64,000 nucleotides of DNA from positions 19,476-83,475 of the IMG/VR virus record IMGVR_UViG_3300028888_000101; one strand, 5' to 3'. Position numbers and translations under genes: made by a program. Shown here in pieces: positions 37,527-47,170 of this stretch. The notes under the pieces are model-generated. The model was not told the DNA's origin. It did not search any database and saw only the letters and a list, made by a program, of their open reading frames with translations. This stretch comes from a virus. Lineage: Duplodnaviria > Caudoviricetes. Numbering within the stretch: the first letter of the stretch is position 1; every line of letters begins with the position of its first letter.

Positions 37527-39938
37527 ATGGATAAGGAAAGTGGAGTATATCTCACCATAACAGACAACTCGTTCCAAACACCTGGTGCTTCAAATATGAA
37601 AACCTTGGTCACAATGCTGACCACTAAGGGTAAATTGGGATTGAACCTTGTAACTGCAAATGACTTCAAAGACATTCTCGGATATGACTTGAAATACAAT
37701 TCTAATTACTACGGATTGGGTAGTTTGTTGGAAGATGTTAGTTATGCTTATGTATGGCGTCTTAATCAGAATGCTAAACTTGCAAATGCATACTTTACGT
37801 CAACTGAAACAATTAAGGCTAGTAAGGCAGATGCCGAATCGTTTGCAGACATTACTGAATTGGACCCTAAACCAATCTTGGCCGCAGCACTTAAAGATGT
37901 AGGAAATCCTCAGACTACAGCCATTAAGTTTACACCTGTTGCAGACGAAAGCACAGTTATGAACGAATTCCCTCAGCCTTCAAGTCCACAGGAAATGGTG
38001 TTCCCTGATGTTTCTGAAACTGAGACTGCTACTTATGACGGTAAACAAATCAAAGGTGCTTGTATCTTCTATAACTCTTCAGACAACGCTCCTGTAGCTG
38101 TTATCAAAGAAAATAAAGAAGGTCAGCTCACTCTTTATAAAATCGCTGACGGTGCTATTGAAGATGATGTTTATAAGACAATCAGTACAAACACTTGGAC
38201 TGACGGAACAAACTTCTATGGTGCAGACACACTTCCTATGGAAGAACCTGAGGGTGAACATACAACACCAAAGAATATTGGTGAAGTATCTATCGGTACT
38301 TACTCAGTAACAAACGATGTTTGGAATGTAGGTTCTACAGACCTCAATCAGGATGTGGAAATTATCATTCCTTCAGGTACAGCAGGTACAGCTGTTACAT
38401 TGTGTGAAGGCTATGTTGCTACAAGTAGCGATAGTCCACTTATTCCTGGAAATCTTTATATCACAAATGACGGTGGTTCTACATTTGCTGTTGTAACAAG
38501 TTTGAGTAAAGTTTATTCAGGCATTGTTTCAACTGTAGTAGGTGGTGAAATTGCCGCAAAACTTACAGACATTTATACCAACTCACGTTTCAGTAATCTT
38601 CAGTATGTTCCTTACACAGAAGATGTTAGTACAGGATTCTATAAGAAGATTGTAAATACAGGTGTTACAAGTTGGTATAAGGTTGAGGCATTCACAAGTT
38701 CTACACTCGTTACAGTAAGTTACGAAGAAACAAACACAGATATCATAGCCGCACTCAATGGTGCTACACCTAAAGAAATATCGTTCACAACATACTCTTA
38801 TGAAGTTGAAGTTGAAAATAATTCTTGTGGTATTGCATCATGGAATGGAACAGAACTTACCGTTATAATGACAAAAACTGTTTCTAAAGATTCATTCTGG
38901 AATGTACATACTATTCCTTCTGTTGTTACAGATTGGACTGTTACTGTTGCCTCTTATACAAACAATCAGTATAAGACTATGGAAACAGCAACAATCAGTA
39001 CAGATACAGAATCAGAATACTATTGGAAGAATGTTACTCTGTCAAACATTGATTTGTATATTCAGAGTTCTATTCCTTCAAATTGGGCATCTCCAAGATA
39101 TTACTTTACACTTGATAATGGTTCTAACGGTGACCCATCAATTATCGCTTCTGATATTGATGTATCTGTTCTTGAACAGTGCGGTTGTAACGTATTAGCA
39201 ACAAACGGTATTACCAATTATAAAGTTATTAATAAGATTGCTCAGAAAGGTGAAGGATTATTCATTCATTCTTTTGGTGATGCTCCAGCTTATGCAAAAT
39301 ATGCTGACCTTGAAAATTGGATGAGAAACGTTTATCGAAGTCAGTATCTTGCAATTGGTGCTAGACCAGACCAGGTAGAGATTGATGAAGATGAATATAT
39401 CTATGTTTATCCTTCTGTAAACTATGTTAAGATTTTGGCTCGTATGTATAATCAGTATCAAAATCTCAACTATCCACCTGCAGGTTTCACTTACGGTACA
39501 ATTTCTGTTGAAAACCTTATCACTTGTGATTATGAGAATTACGGTGATGAACTTAAGACAAATCGTATTAACTGGCAGAGAACTAAGAACCGTGGTTCAG
39601 TAATGTGGGAACAGAGAACTACATATTCACTTGATACTGACCTTAGTTACATTGCACCTAACTTTATCGTAGACGGATTGCGTGAACAGTTAATTGAATT
39701 TGAGGAACAGTTCAATTTCCGTTATATGAGTCCAACAGACTTACTTAATCAGGAGTCAGGTATTAAATCAATACTTGATGACTATGTAACAAAGGGATTC
39801 ATATACAAGTATGAACTCGAAGTTCCGACTTATGCAGAGGCACAGAAAGCCGGAAGAACCCTTACAATCAAGATTGGTGTAGCACTTGCTAAGGATGCAG
39901 AAGTTATCTACATCAACATCAACTTGAACAACGGTTAG
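37527..39938 (+). CDS. tail sheath protein
   Basis: N-terminal SGVY.TITD; C-terminal L..NRINW...GSVMW.QRT.Y...T.LSYI...FEEQFNF; large central insertion. Confidence 0.88.
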   Translation: MDKESGVYLTITDNSFQTPGASNMKTLVTMLTTKGKLGLNLVTANDFKDILGYDLKYNSNYYGLGSLLEDVSYAYVWRLNQNAKLANAYFTSTETIKASKADAESFADITELDPKPILAAALKDVGNPQTTAIKFTPVADESTVMNEFPQPSSPQEMVFPDVSETETATYDGKQIKGACIFYNSSDNAPVAVIKENKEGQLTLYKIADGAIEDDVYKTISTNTWTDGTNFYGADTLPMEEPEGEHTTPKNIGEVSIGTYSVTNDVWNVGSTDLNQDVEIIIPSGTAGTAVTLCEGYVATSSDSPLIPGNLYITNDGGSTFAVVTSLSKVYSGIVSTVVGGEIAAKLTDIYTNSRFSNLQYVPYTEDVSTGFYKKIVNTGVTSWYKVEAFTSSTLVTVSYEETNTDIIAALNGATPKEISFTTYSYEVEVENNSCGIASWNGTELTVIMTKTVSKDSFWNVHTIPSVVTDWTVTVASYTNNQYKTMETATISTDTESEYYWKNVTLSNIDLYIQSSIPSNWASPRYYFTLDNGSNGDPSIIASDIDVSVLEQCGCNVLATNGITNYKVINKIAQKGEGLFIHSFGDAPAYAKYADLENWMRNVYRSQYLAIGARPDQVEIDEDEYIYVYPSVNYVKILARMYNQYQNLNYPPAGFTYGTISVENLITCDYENYGDELKTNRINWQRTKNRGSVMWEQRTTYSLDTDLSYIAPNFIVDGLREQLIEFEEQFNFRYMSPTDLLNQESGIKSILDDYVTKGFIYKYELEVPTYAEAQKAGRTLTIKIGVALAKDAEVIYININLNNG

Positions 39939-39948
39939 AAGTAACTAT

Positions 39949-39972
39949 AAGGGTGATGAAATACTCACCCTT
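39949..39972 (+). terminator. hairpin between sheath and tube genes
   Basis: AAGGGTGA/TCACCCTT stem followed by TATTT. Confidence 0.5.
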
Positions 39973-39997
39973 TATTTCAATATAAAGGAGATATAAA

Positions 39998-40561
39998 ATG
40001 CCATTATCTTGTGAGAATGTACATGCAACTATTGGAGATTATCAGCGTAACTATCTATATAAACTCTTTATTGAAAACGTTCCTGCTGTAGTTAGTGCTG
40101 CACTTCCTACCGCTCTTACTTTTCAGAAAGAATGTGATATCTACAACCTGAAAGCTGTATTCCCTGATAGAAAGACAAATAAAAAGGAAATGAAGTGGTC
40201 AGGTGAATTTTTCTATATCCCTACTACTGAGGCAAACACTAAGGAATCAGATTTTGATTTCGTAGATGATGAATACATGACTTGTTATGACTTTTGGAGT
40301 GAACTTAAGAATCTTACAGGTAACGAAGAAAATCAGGCAGGTGTGTTTGGTGTTCAGTCTAAGTTTAATATTGGTGTTGCTAAAGTTTCTGTAGACAAGG
40401 AAACCATTACAGCTTACAGACGACTTGTTGGCTGTCGTGTTTATGAAATTGACTCAGGTGAAGGTCTTTCTAAAGAAGGTGATGATATCACTAAAGTTAG
40501 AGTAAACATCAAATGGGACAAAAACGTAGAAGACAAATCAATGCGTGGTAAGCAGATTTAA
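39998..40561 (+). CDS. tail tube protein (T4 gp19-like)
   Basis: 187 aa directly after the sheath; QR.YLY.L.I...FP......MKW.G...F.F.DDE...Y.FW pattern. Confidence 0.8.
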   Translation: MPLSCENVHATIGDYQRNYLYKLFIENVPAVVSAALPTALTFQKECDIYNLKAVFPDRKTNKKEMKWSGEFFYIPTTEANTKESDFDFVDDEYMTCYDFWSELKNLTGNEENQAGVFGVQSKFNIGVAKVSVDKETITAYRRLVGCRVYEIDSGEGLSKEGDDITKVRVNIKWDKNVEDKSMRGKQI

Positions 40562-40573
40562 GGAGCATAATTA

Positions 40574-41374
40574 ATGCGACCTGAAACCCTACCTTTAATT
40601 TCAGACTACAAGAAAGAATATAAATTCCTCTGGTTGGTTACTGCCAATCAGGGCGAATCTGTCTCACGAACAGCAATGGCTTATAACGGTTCTTCTTTAC
40701 AAGAAATCACGAAGAACATTTCTATCCGTCAATTCATGAACAACAAAAACGTTGACGGAATGGAACTTTTTGAAGCCGTTGTTATGAATCCTATATTCAA
40801 CGGATATGTTTCTCAATTAGCACAGACTGTAAATATTCCTGATGATGAGTTTGACTCGGAAAATATTCCACAAGGTCCTGTAGATTACAAAATGCCTACT
40901 CGTGTAAAGATGGAAGATATCATTGTAACTTATCTTGAGGATAGTCTTGAGACTGTTTACAACTTTCATAAGGCTTGGTTTCAGGCAATACGTTGTGGTA
41001 AAGGTGTTGGTATAAACAGTCCGTCTTTATTCTCGGCAACAGCTCGTTATATTCCATTTGAAGATACAATGCTTGCTACAGAATATCTTATGTTCAAGAA
41101 TCAGTTTATGCAGAACATTAATAGTTTTATCTCAAGTTATGCTACGCCAAGTTTACCTATGGGTGCTAAGGCTACATCTGTTCAGACATATCCTAAAATT
41201 TATCCTTATAAGATTCATAGAAGTCCTGCAAAACATGACGGTGATGATATTGCCACCGTTGAAGTAACTTATGCACGAATACCTACTTTCGAAAAGAAAC
41301 ATACCGCATTACAGATGTGGGATGGTACTTCTTGGAGAAACACTAATAATGATTTAAGTTATTTTACAGTTTAG
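40574..41374 (+). CDS. tail tube initiator / baseplate protein (gp54-like)
   Basis: Tube-like pattern (I.VT..ED....YNFH..W; YP..I......VTY); position. Confidence 0.55.
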   Translation: MRPETLPLISDYKKEYKFLWLVTANQGESVSRTAMAYNGSSLQEITKNISIRQFMNNKNVDGMELFEAVVMNPIFNGYVSQLAQTVNIPDDEFDSENIPQGPVDYKMPTRVKMEDIIVTYLEDSLETVYNFHKAWFQAIRCGKGVGINSPSLFSATARYIPFEDTMLATEYLMFKNQFMQNINSFISSYATPSLPMGAKATSVQTYPKIYPYKIHRSPAKHDGDDIATVEVTYARIPTFEKKHTALQMWDGTSWRNTNNDLSYFTV

Positions 41375-41404
41375 ATGTTCTAAAATTATATTAGAGGTAT
41401 ATCT

Positions 41405-42211
41405 ATGAAACGTACATTCAAAATGCCAGCCCCACAGCTGTCTTATCTTAAAGAAGTAAATATTGATTTGGACATGAGTGGCAGACACTACGCTTTACTC
41501 GCAAAAGCCAAAGGAAAATTACCTGAAGATGTAGCACTCTCTATTCTTAAAGACCTCATGGAAGAAGATGCCAATATGCTTACATTAGCTGAACTTAGGT
41601 ATCTTTTTATGATGGTTAAAATAAATAATCTTGAAAATGATTACGTTGTAGATATTGAATGCCAGAATATTAATACTAAAAAGAAAAAGATTTGTGGTTG
41701 TATAAATCATGTTAAAGTTCAATTACAGGATTCAGACTTGAATCCTACACCTTCCGATTATACACCACCAAAGATTAAATTCAGACGTGATGGCACAGAA
41801 AAAGAATATAGTGTTATTCCACCAACTGTTAAACAGATTAGTCAATTATATGATTTCTTTATAACTCAGAAATCAGCTGACCAGATAAAAATCATAAATG
41901 ATGATGTATTATCTGATGAGTTTAATTTTCTTTACGGAATATTACATCTTAGAGATAATGAGGGAAATTGTTTTGTAAAAGATACAGACAATTTTGAAGA
42001 CTTATTAGACATAGGATTATGTGAAGACGGTAAAACACCTAAACCAACAGTAAGGAATCTTAATAAATTCTCTGTTATTAGAGAACTATTAAAAGATGTT
42101 ATAGAGGTAGGTGCTTACGGTGTTCAGGAAACAGTAGTAGATGCTAACTGTAAGGAGTGTGGTGGACGTATGATTGTCCCTATTCCCTTACTCGATGGAC
42201 TCCTTGATTAA
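41405..42211 (+). CDS. baseplate hub assembly / tail chaperone (gp26-like)
   Basis: LT.AEL.YLF..KI...C...C, PT motif and C-terminal C.EC. Confidence 0.65.
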   Translation: MKRTFKMPAPQLSYLKEVNIDLDMSGRHYALLAKAKGKLPEDVALSILKDLMEEDANMLTLAELRYLFMMVKINNLENDYVVDIECQNINTKKKKICGCINHVKVQLQDSDLNPTPSDYTPPKIKFRRDGTEKEYSVIPPTVKQISQLYDFFITQKSADQIKIINDDVLSDEFNFLYGILHLRDNEGNCFVKDTDNFEDLLDIGLCEDGKTPKPTVRNLNKFSVIRELLKDVIEVGAYGVQETVVDANCKECGGRMIVPIPLLDGLLD

Positions 42212-42398
42212 TGAGCCAGTCCGACAGTATCACGCTTTCTTCGAAGACAGTATAATATATCTTTCACTTCTCGGGCTTGGTTCTGTTGATGATATTCTCA
42301 ATATGAAAATGAATGAGATTACCGAAATCAAACAAATCATGAGAAGTGACGAGATGAAGAAACTCAGATATAATTTGCTTGGAATACCTACAGAGTAA
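42195..42398 (+). CDS. small tail assembly chaperone (gp51/GT-like)
   Basis: Short helical ORF (...SVDDILNM...) between the chaperone and tape measure; start uncertain (42174 TTG, 42195 ATG, or frameshift). Confidence 0.5.
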   Translation: MDSLINEPVRQYHAFFEDSIIYLSLLGLGSVDDILNMKMNEITEIKQIMRSDEMKKLRYNLLGIPTE

Positions 42399-42427
42399 AG
42401 TTAAATATTACATATAGAGGTATACTC

Positions 42428-44065
42428 ATGGCAACATATTCACGTTCACAAACAACTACTCAAACATCACAGTCCGCAGCAATGCCAAGTATGGACATAA
42501 GTTCATTACTTGTCAAAACTATGGAAAATGTCATGAATGACAAAGAAGATGATGATAAAGGTTTTGAAGAAAGTGTTACCAATGGTATAAATAACTCGGA
42601 CCTTCTCAAAGATAAGACAAAGCAAGATACAGACAAAGAACTTGCCGACTTACTCAAAGACAAGAAGAATTCGGATAAGGAATTATCAAATCTTCTTAAA
42701 GATACTAATAAGAATACCAAGGAAAGTAAGAAAGAAAGTTCAGGTAAACTTGTGGGTGCAAGTGCTCTTGGTGCAAGTATAGGTGCTTTATTCAAATCTA
42801 AATCTATAGGACAGGCTACAGGTGCTGTCGTAGGTGGTGCAGGAAAAGCAGCTGGTGGATTGATATCGGGTGTTGGAAATGTAGGCGGTAGTCTTATTGC
42901 AGGTGTAGGTAAACTCTTTGGCCCTATCGGTGGAATTATTGGTAAGGCTGTAGGAACTGCTGTAGCCGTACCGTTCAAAGCTGTTGGTGGTCTTATTACA
43001 GGTGCTATAGGTGGACTTGGAAAATTACTTAGTTCACCGTTAAAAGAACTCGTTACTAAAGGTGCATTAATTGTTGGTGTACTTTCTCAACTGTTTGTAT
43101 TCCTCGAAGGACTATTAGCGAAGTTTATTGCTCAGAAAGATATTAAGTGGATTGATTTCATGAGTAAATTGAAATCCTCTATATCAATGATACCAAGTAA
43201 ACTCAAATTAAATTTGGAACAAATTCTCTCAAAAGTAAGAATTATGGGTAAACCTATTTTTGGTTCACTGACTGATGATGAAGAAAAAGAATTGGGTGAA
43301 CTTGGTACACGTGCAAAGTTTGGTGATAAAAATGACCCATTATATCAGTACGACCAATTGTTGAATAATAAGAAAACAGGTATTGCAGCAAAAGAACAAG
43401 AGTTACAAAAACTTGAAGCTACAATGCAAGAAGAATATACACGTGCTACTGGCGGTACATTGGATTTGTCTAAATATAATTTGAATACTACAGCTGGTAA
43501 AGAGGCACTGAAAGCTGATTGGTTATCACAACTTCCTGAAGATGAAAGAGCTGCTATGGCAGAAACTATAAATAGCAGATTATCAGATTATTCATATATG
43601 TCAGGTTCGTTAGATGATGCTAAGAAACGTGCAGCATACCTTGAAAAAACTAATCCTGAAATCGCAAGATACAAAGAACTTAGTGATATGGCAAACACAC
43701 CACGAACTAAAGAATGGTATGATGAGCAGATGACTAAGTTAGATGATGAACAGTCACAGAAACAGGCGGATTATTTTGCTCAGGGATTATATGACTATTC
43801 TCAGAAGAAAGGTGGTCTTACAGAGTATCAACAAACTTATGCCAATAAACTTCATGCAGGTTCTGTAGATACTGTTAAAGGAATGTATGCTGCAAATAAT
43901 GAAGTTCTTACAACTAAAGATGCCACAGGTGCAGAACGTTTCTTAAATAATCAGTACAAGGCTTGGACAGATTCTTGGTCTAAGATGTTCAAAGACCTTA
44001 AGCAAGATATTGGAATTGATATCAAACAGAAAGTAGATAGACCTAATCCAAATGTAAGTAGGTAA
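42428..44065 (+). CDS. tape measure protein
   Basis: Gly/Ala-rich amphipathic repeats plus helical regions; follows the chaperones. Confidence 0.7.
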   Translation: MATYSRSQTTTQTSQSAAMPSMDISSLLVKTMENVMNDKEDDDKGFEESVTNGINNSDLLKDKTKQDTDKELADLLKDKKNSDKELSNLLKDTNKNTKESKKESSGKLVGASALGASIGALFKSKSIGQATGAVVGGAGKAAGGLISGVGNVGGSLIAGVGKLFGPIGGIIGKAVGTAVAVPFKAVGGLITGAIGGLGKLLSSPLKELVTKGALIVGVLSQLFVFLEGLLAKFIAQKDIKWIDFMSKLKSSISMIPSKLKLNLEQILSKVRIMGKPIFGSLTDDEEKELGELGTRAKFGDKNDPLYQYDQLLNNKKTGIAAKEQELQKLEATMQEEYTRATGGTLDLSKYNLNTTAGKEALKADWLSQLPEDERAAMAETINSRLSDYSYMSGSLDDAKKRAAYLEKTNPEIARYKELSDMANTPRTKEWYDEQMTKLDDEQSQKQADYFAQGLYDYSQKKGGLTEYQQTYANKLHAGSVDTVKGMYAANNEVLTTKDATGAERFLNNQYKAWTDSWSKMFKDLKQDIGIDIKQKVDRPNPNVSR

Positions 44066-44070
44066 TTGAT

Positions 44071-45105
44071 ATGGCAATATTAAATATACTTAAATCCTTA
44101 GACCTTCCTGTATTAGGAAAGAGTACGTATAGAACAGAGGACCAATTCTTATCCAATAACGAATTCCAATTATCAAACGGTGCGTTAGGTCAGTTAATGG
44201 GAAATAACGCTGCCGCTAATCCTCAAGAAATAATGATTGCTTGTAAAGGTAAACGAAGACGTGTAATTGGATATTTGTCTCAAGGTGTAAAGTTAGTAGG
44301 TACTTCTGAATGGGAAGATTTAGTTTCTACAAATGGTATCTCAGAAATGAGCCAAGGCGTATCAACAATCAACAAACTTGGACAACTTGGATTTGCAGGT
44401 AAAAATACGCAAGGTGGTTCTACGGCAGGTTCTGTTATTCAACAACCTTGGCTTGACCGTAAGTTTTGGAAACACAGTAAATCATTTGACCTCAATTTTG
44501 ATTTTAATCTTGTTGCCGAATCTTCTGCAAAAGATGATGTATTTTTACCAGCTGTAGCATTACTTTCTTTCTGTTACCCTAGAGAGATAAATAATGTAGC
44601 ACTCGTAGAAACATTTAAGACAGAATCATCTTCATATGTTTCAAGTGGCACTAATACAGAAGGTGGTAAAAATCTTGCCGCCTCTGTAAGAGATAGTCTC
44701 AGAGTTTTTGCAATTCCTGGACCTTCCCTTATGTATGGTGCTAAACGTGAAGGTGGTGGTACTGCTCAAGATAATGGCGATGCCGTAACAATTGTCATTG
44801 GAAATATGTTTGCCTTTGGTGCTTGTTATCTTAAACAGGTTGTGTTGGAAATGTCTCCAAATATGGATTATAGTGGTTATCCTGTTTGGTGCAAATGTTC
44901 TATACAAGCTGAAGCTATGGATTCTAACTATTGTTCTGCTAATGGTGATTTCAATGTTTCTCAATGGGCTAATACACAGAACGATATCTCAGAAGTTTTG
45001 GATGCCGCCAGAGTTACTGTAAAAGACGCAGCTCAGAACGCAATGAATATAGCAAAGACAACGGCAAATGCTATTGGTGCATTTGGACAGATTTTTGATG
45101 ACTAG
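44071..45105 (+). CDS. baseplate / tail-tube cap protein (gp48-like)
   Basis: F.L.F.L......F..L...P...I.IGN.F....YL..V.....P....GYP pattern. Confidence 0.55.
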   Translation: MAILNILKSLDLPVLGKSTYRTEDQFLSNNEFQLSNGALGQLMGNNAAANPQEIMIACKGKRRRVIGYLSQGVKLVGTSEWEDLVSTNGISEMSQGVSTINKLGQLGFAGKNTQGGSTAGSVIQQPWLDRKFWKHSKSFDLNFDFNLVAESSAKDDVFLPAVALLSFCYPREINNVALVETFKTESSSYVSSGTNTEGGKNLAASVRDSLRVFAIPGPSLMYGAKREGGGTAQDNGDAVTIVIGNMFAFGACYLKQVVLEMSPNMDYSGYPVWCKCSIQAEAMDSNYCSANGDFNVSQWANTQNDISEVLDAARVTVKDAAQNAMNIAKTTANAIGAFGQIFDD

Positions 45106-45107
45106 GA

Positions 45108-45362
45108 GTGAATATGTTAAAACCTGTAAAAATTCCAAGATGTGTAGCAAACTTATTCAGTATTGGTAACAGTTCTACAATGAAAATAATTGAGGACTTT
45201 GAACACAGGCCCGATAAGATTCCTGCCAGGTTCAATATGCCTTCGATTCGTGAAGAACTTGTCGATAATTATATTTCTAATAAATCTCCCATAACATTAT
45301 CTAAGGGAGACGAGTATACAGTAACAGACGCTTTGTTTAAGGGGTACTTTGCAAATGTCTAA
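45108..45362 (+). CDS. small baseplate protein
   Basis: Position only. Confidence 0.4.
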   Translation: MNMLKPVKIPRCVANLFSIGNSSTMKIIEDFEHRPDKIPARFNMPSIREELVDNYISNKSPITLSKGDEYTVTDALFKGYFANV

Positions 45363-46200
45363 TGCAAGTGGAAAAGGATGCCAAATAAATCTCGATAACG
45401 GTGAAGGTCGTATCATTGACGGATATGTAGAAGATGATATTCATGCTTGTTCATCTTATCTTGATATAACTTTTGAATCTCCTAACAAACTGTTATTTGG
45501 TGCAGATAATGAATATTATTTTACTTTTCTCAAAATAGATTGGGTTCCTCTTTCTACAGATGAACGTACAGGTACAAACGGAACATGGCAATACAATCTA
45601 AGATGTCTTCCAAAATGTGTATTTACAATGATAACCAAACCAATAACAAATACGCAGGAATTGGGAAGGGCATTAGGATTAAATCTCTCAACAATAAGTT
45701 CTAGTTTGGACATTCCTTGCCCTATTATAAATCAGTATGCAGGTAATGTTATACAGTCTAACCGATTCTATTCATTGGAAATGGCTTATAATGACAGAGA
45801 TTTTAAGAAGGCGGCCTATATCTATGTAAGCAGTAAATCAATTTATTCTGCAACATGGAAAGATATGACATCACAGACAGCTGTCACCCTTACATTCCCT
45901 GAAGGTACTGAGGGAAGTAATCTTATCACATATCAAGATTATCAGTTCGATAGTGTGTTTGCAAATGCCTATGGTCCTCAAGTATGGAAACAATACGATT
46001 ATCTTGGAAGAATGATGGGTACTCAATTTAAGGTTGAGACTACAGTTCCAGCCGTATTCTTAAATGTATATACAATTAAATCTGAAGAGATACCTGAATT
46101 TGATACAGGTCTCCCATTCCTTTGTACATACAGCAGACGAAACCTTATGGAAGTCAATGCTTTTGTTCATTGCTTTACTAATATTAAATATATGGAGTAG
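45355..46200 (+). CDS. putative baseplate hub protein
   Basis: Directly upstream of the spike gene; beta-rich. Confidence 0.45.
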   Translation: MSNASGKGCQINLDNGEGRIIDGYVEDDIHACSSYLDITFESPNKLLFGADNEYYFTFLKIDWVPLSTDERTGTNGTWQYNLRCLPKCVFTMITKPITNTQELGRALGLNLSTISSSLDIPCPIINQYAGNVIQSNRFYSLEMAYNDRDFKKAAYIYVSSKSIYSATWKDMTSQTAVTLTFPEGTEGSNLITYQDYQFDSVFANAYGPQVWKQYDYLGRMMGTQFKVETTVPAVFLNVYTIKSEEIPEFDTGLPFLCTYSRRNLMEVNAFVHCFTNIKYME

Positions 46201-46203
46201 TAT

Positions 46204-46887
46204 ATGTCAGAACCATTTATCGGAACAGAGGCAACAGGTGTTTATATTGGCAAACTCGTAGAAGATATGATTGAAACTGTAAAAGATTGCGGCAAACTTT
46301 ACTGTAATGTTTATATACCTGAGTTCTTTGCAGAAGACAGTGACTATCCTCTCACTTATGTTCCATTATGGGCCATGAGTTTACCACTCAAGAAAGACGA
46401 TAAAGTACTCGTTGAATTTCATCAGGGAAACCTTATGTATCCTGTTCTTTATAAGAACGCAACTGAATTAGATGACTTTGACCAATTCTACGAAAAGTTT
46501 GATACCAAGAAATCTGTAGACGGTGGCAATATTCAAGGATATGAAGCCAAAGATACTGTAGGTGCAGAACGTATCGGATTGGATAGTTATCTCATAAAGA
46601 CAGACGATTATACTGTAATACATCAAAATAACGGATTTATTCTTATTGATAAAGACGATAAAGTATATGTATATGGTTCTGAGATAAATATTATAAGTGA
46701 CGGAAAATTCAATATAGACGCTAGTGGCGATGTACAGATTTACAGTAAAGGAAAATGTAATGTAAAAACATCAGGAGATTGTAATATCAAAACTGATGGT
46801 AACTGTAAGATAGAGGCAACATCAAGTTGCGAAATAACCGCCAATTCAGGATTCAAAGTAAACAATCATTTGCAAGTAACGTCATAA
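46204..46887 (+). CDS. baseplate central spike (gpV/gp5-like)
   Basis: OB-fold motif LP...D.VLVEF..G...YP; C-terminal 8-residue beta-helix repeats (GKCNVKTS GDCNIKTD GNCKIEAT); terminal His. Confidence 0.8.
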   Translation: MSEPFIGTEATGVYIGKLVEDMIETVKDCGKLYCNVYIPEFFAEDSDYPLTYVPLWAMSLPLKKDDKVLVEFHQGNLMYPVLYKNATELDDFDQFYEKFDTKKSVDGGNIQGYEAKDTVGAERIGLDSYLIKTDDYTVIHQNNGFILIDKDDKVYVYGSEINIISDGKFNIDASGDVQIYSKGKCNVKTSGDCNIKTDGNCKIEATSSCEITANSGFKVNNHLQVTS

Positions 46888-46903
46888 AAATTAAATATTT
46901 TAT

Positions 46904-47170
46904 ATGATTGAATTTGATGAAACATTATCACAACGATATAACGGTAAAGAAGCTGTAATGAGGCGTATCGAGACACGTATTAAACATACTACTCACGATA
47001 TACCATATTATCAACGTGGTCTTGATGTATCTGAATTTGTTTACGGAAGTCAGGTTGCTGCAATAAAACTCGCATTCAAAGACTTTGGACCTAATATAAA
47101 ATTTGATGGTGTAAACTCAAGAATTCAATTCTATGATGTAAATATTGATGTAAATGTAGGAGAAGAATAA
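46904..47170 (+). CDS. baseplate wedge subunit (gp25-like)
   Basis: RI...I.....DIPYY..G motif; size and position. Confidence 0.55.
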   Translation: MIEFDETLSQRYNGKEAVMRRIETRIKHTTHDIPYYQRGLDVSEFVYGSQVAAIKLAFKDFGPNIKFDGVNSRIQFYDVNIDVNVGEE

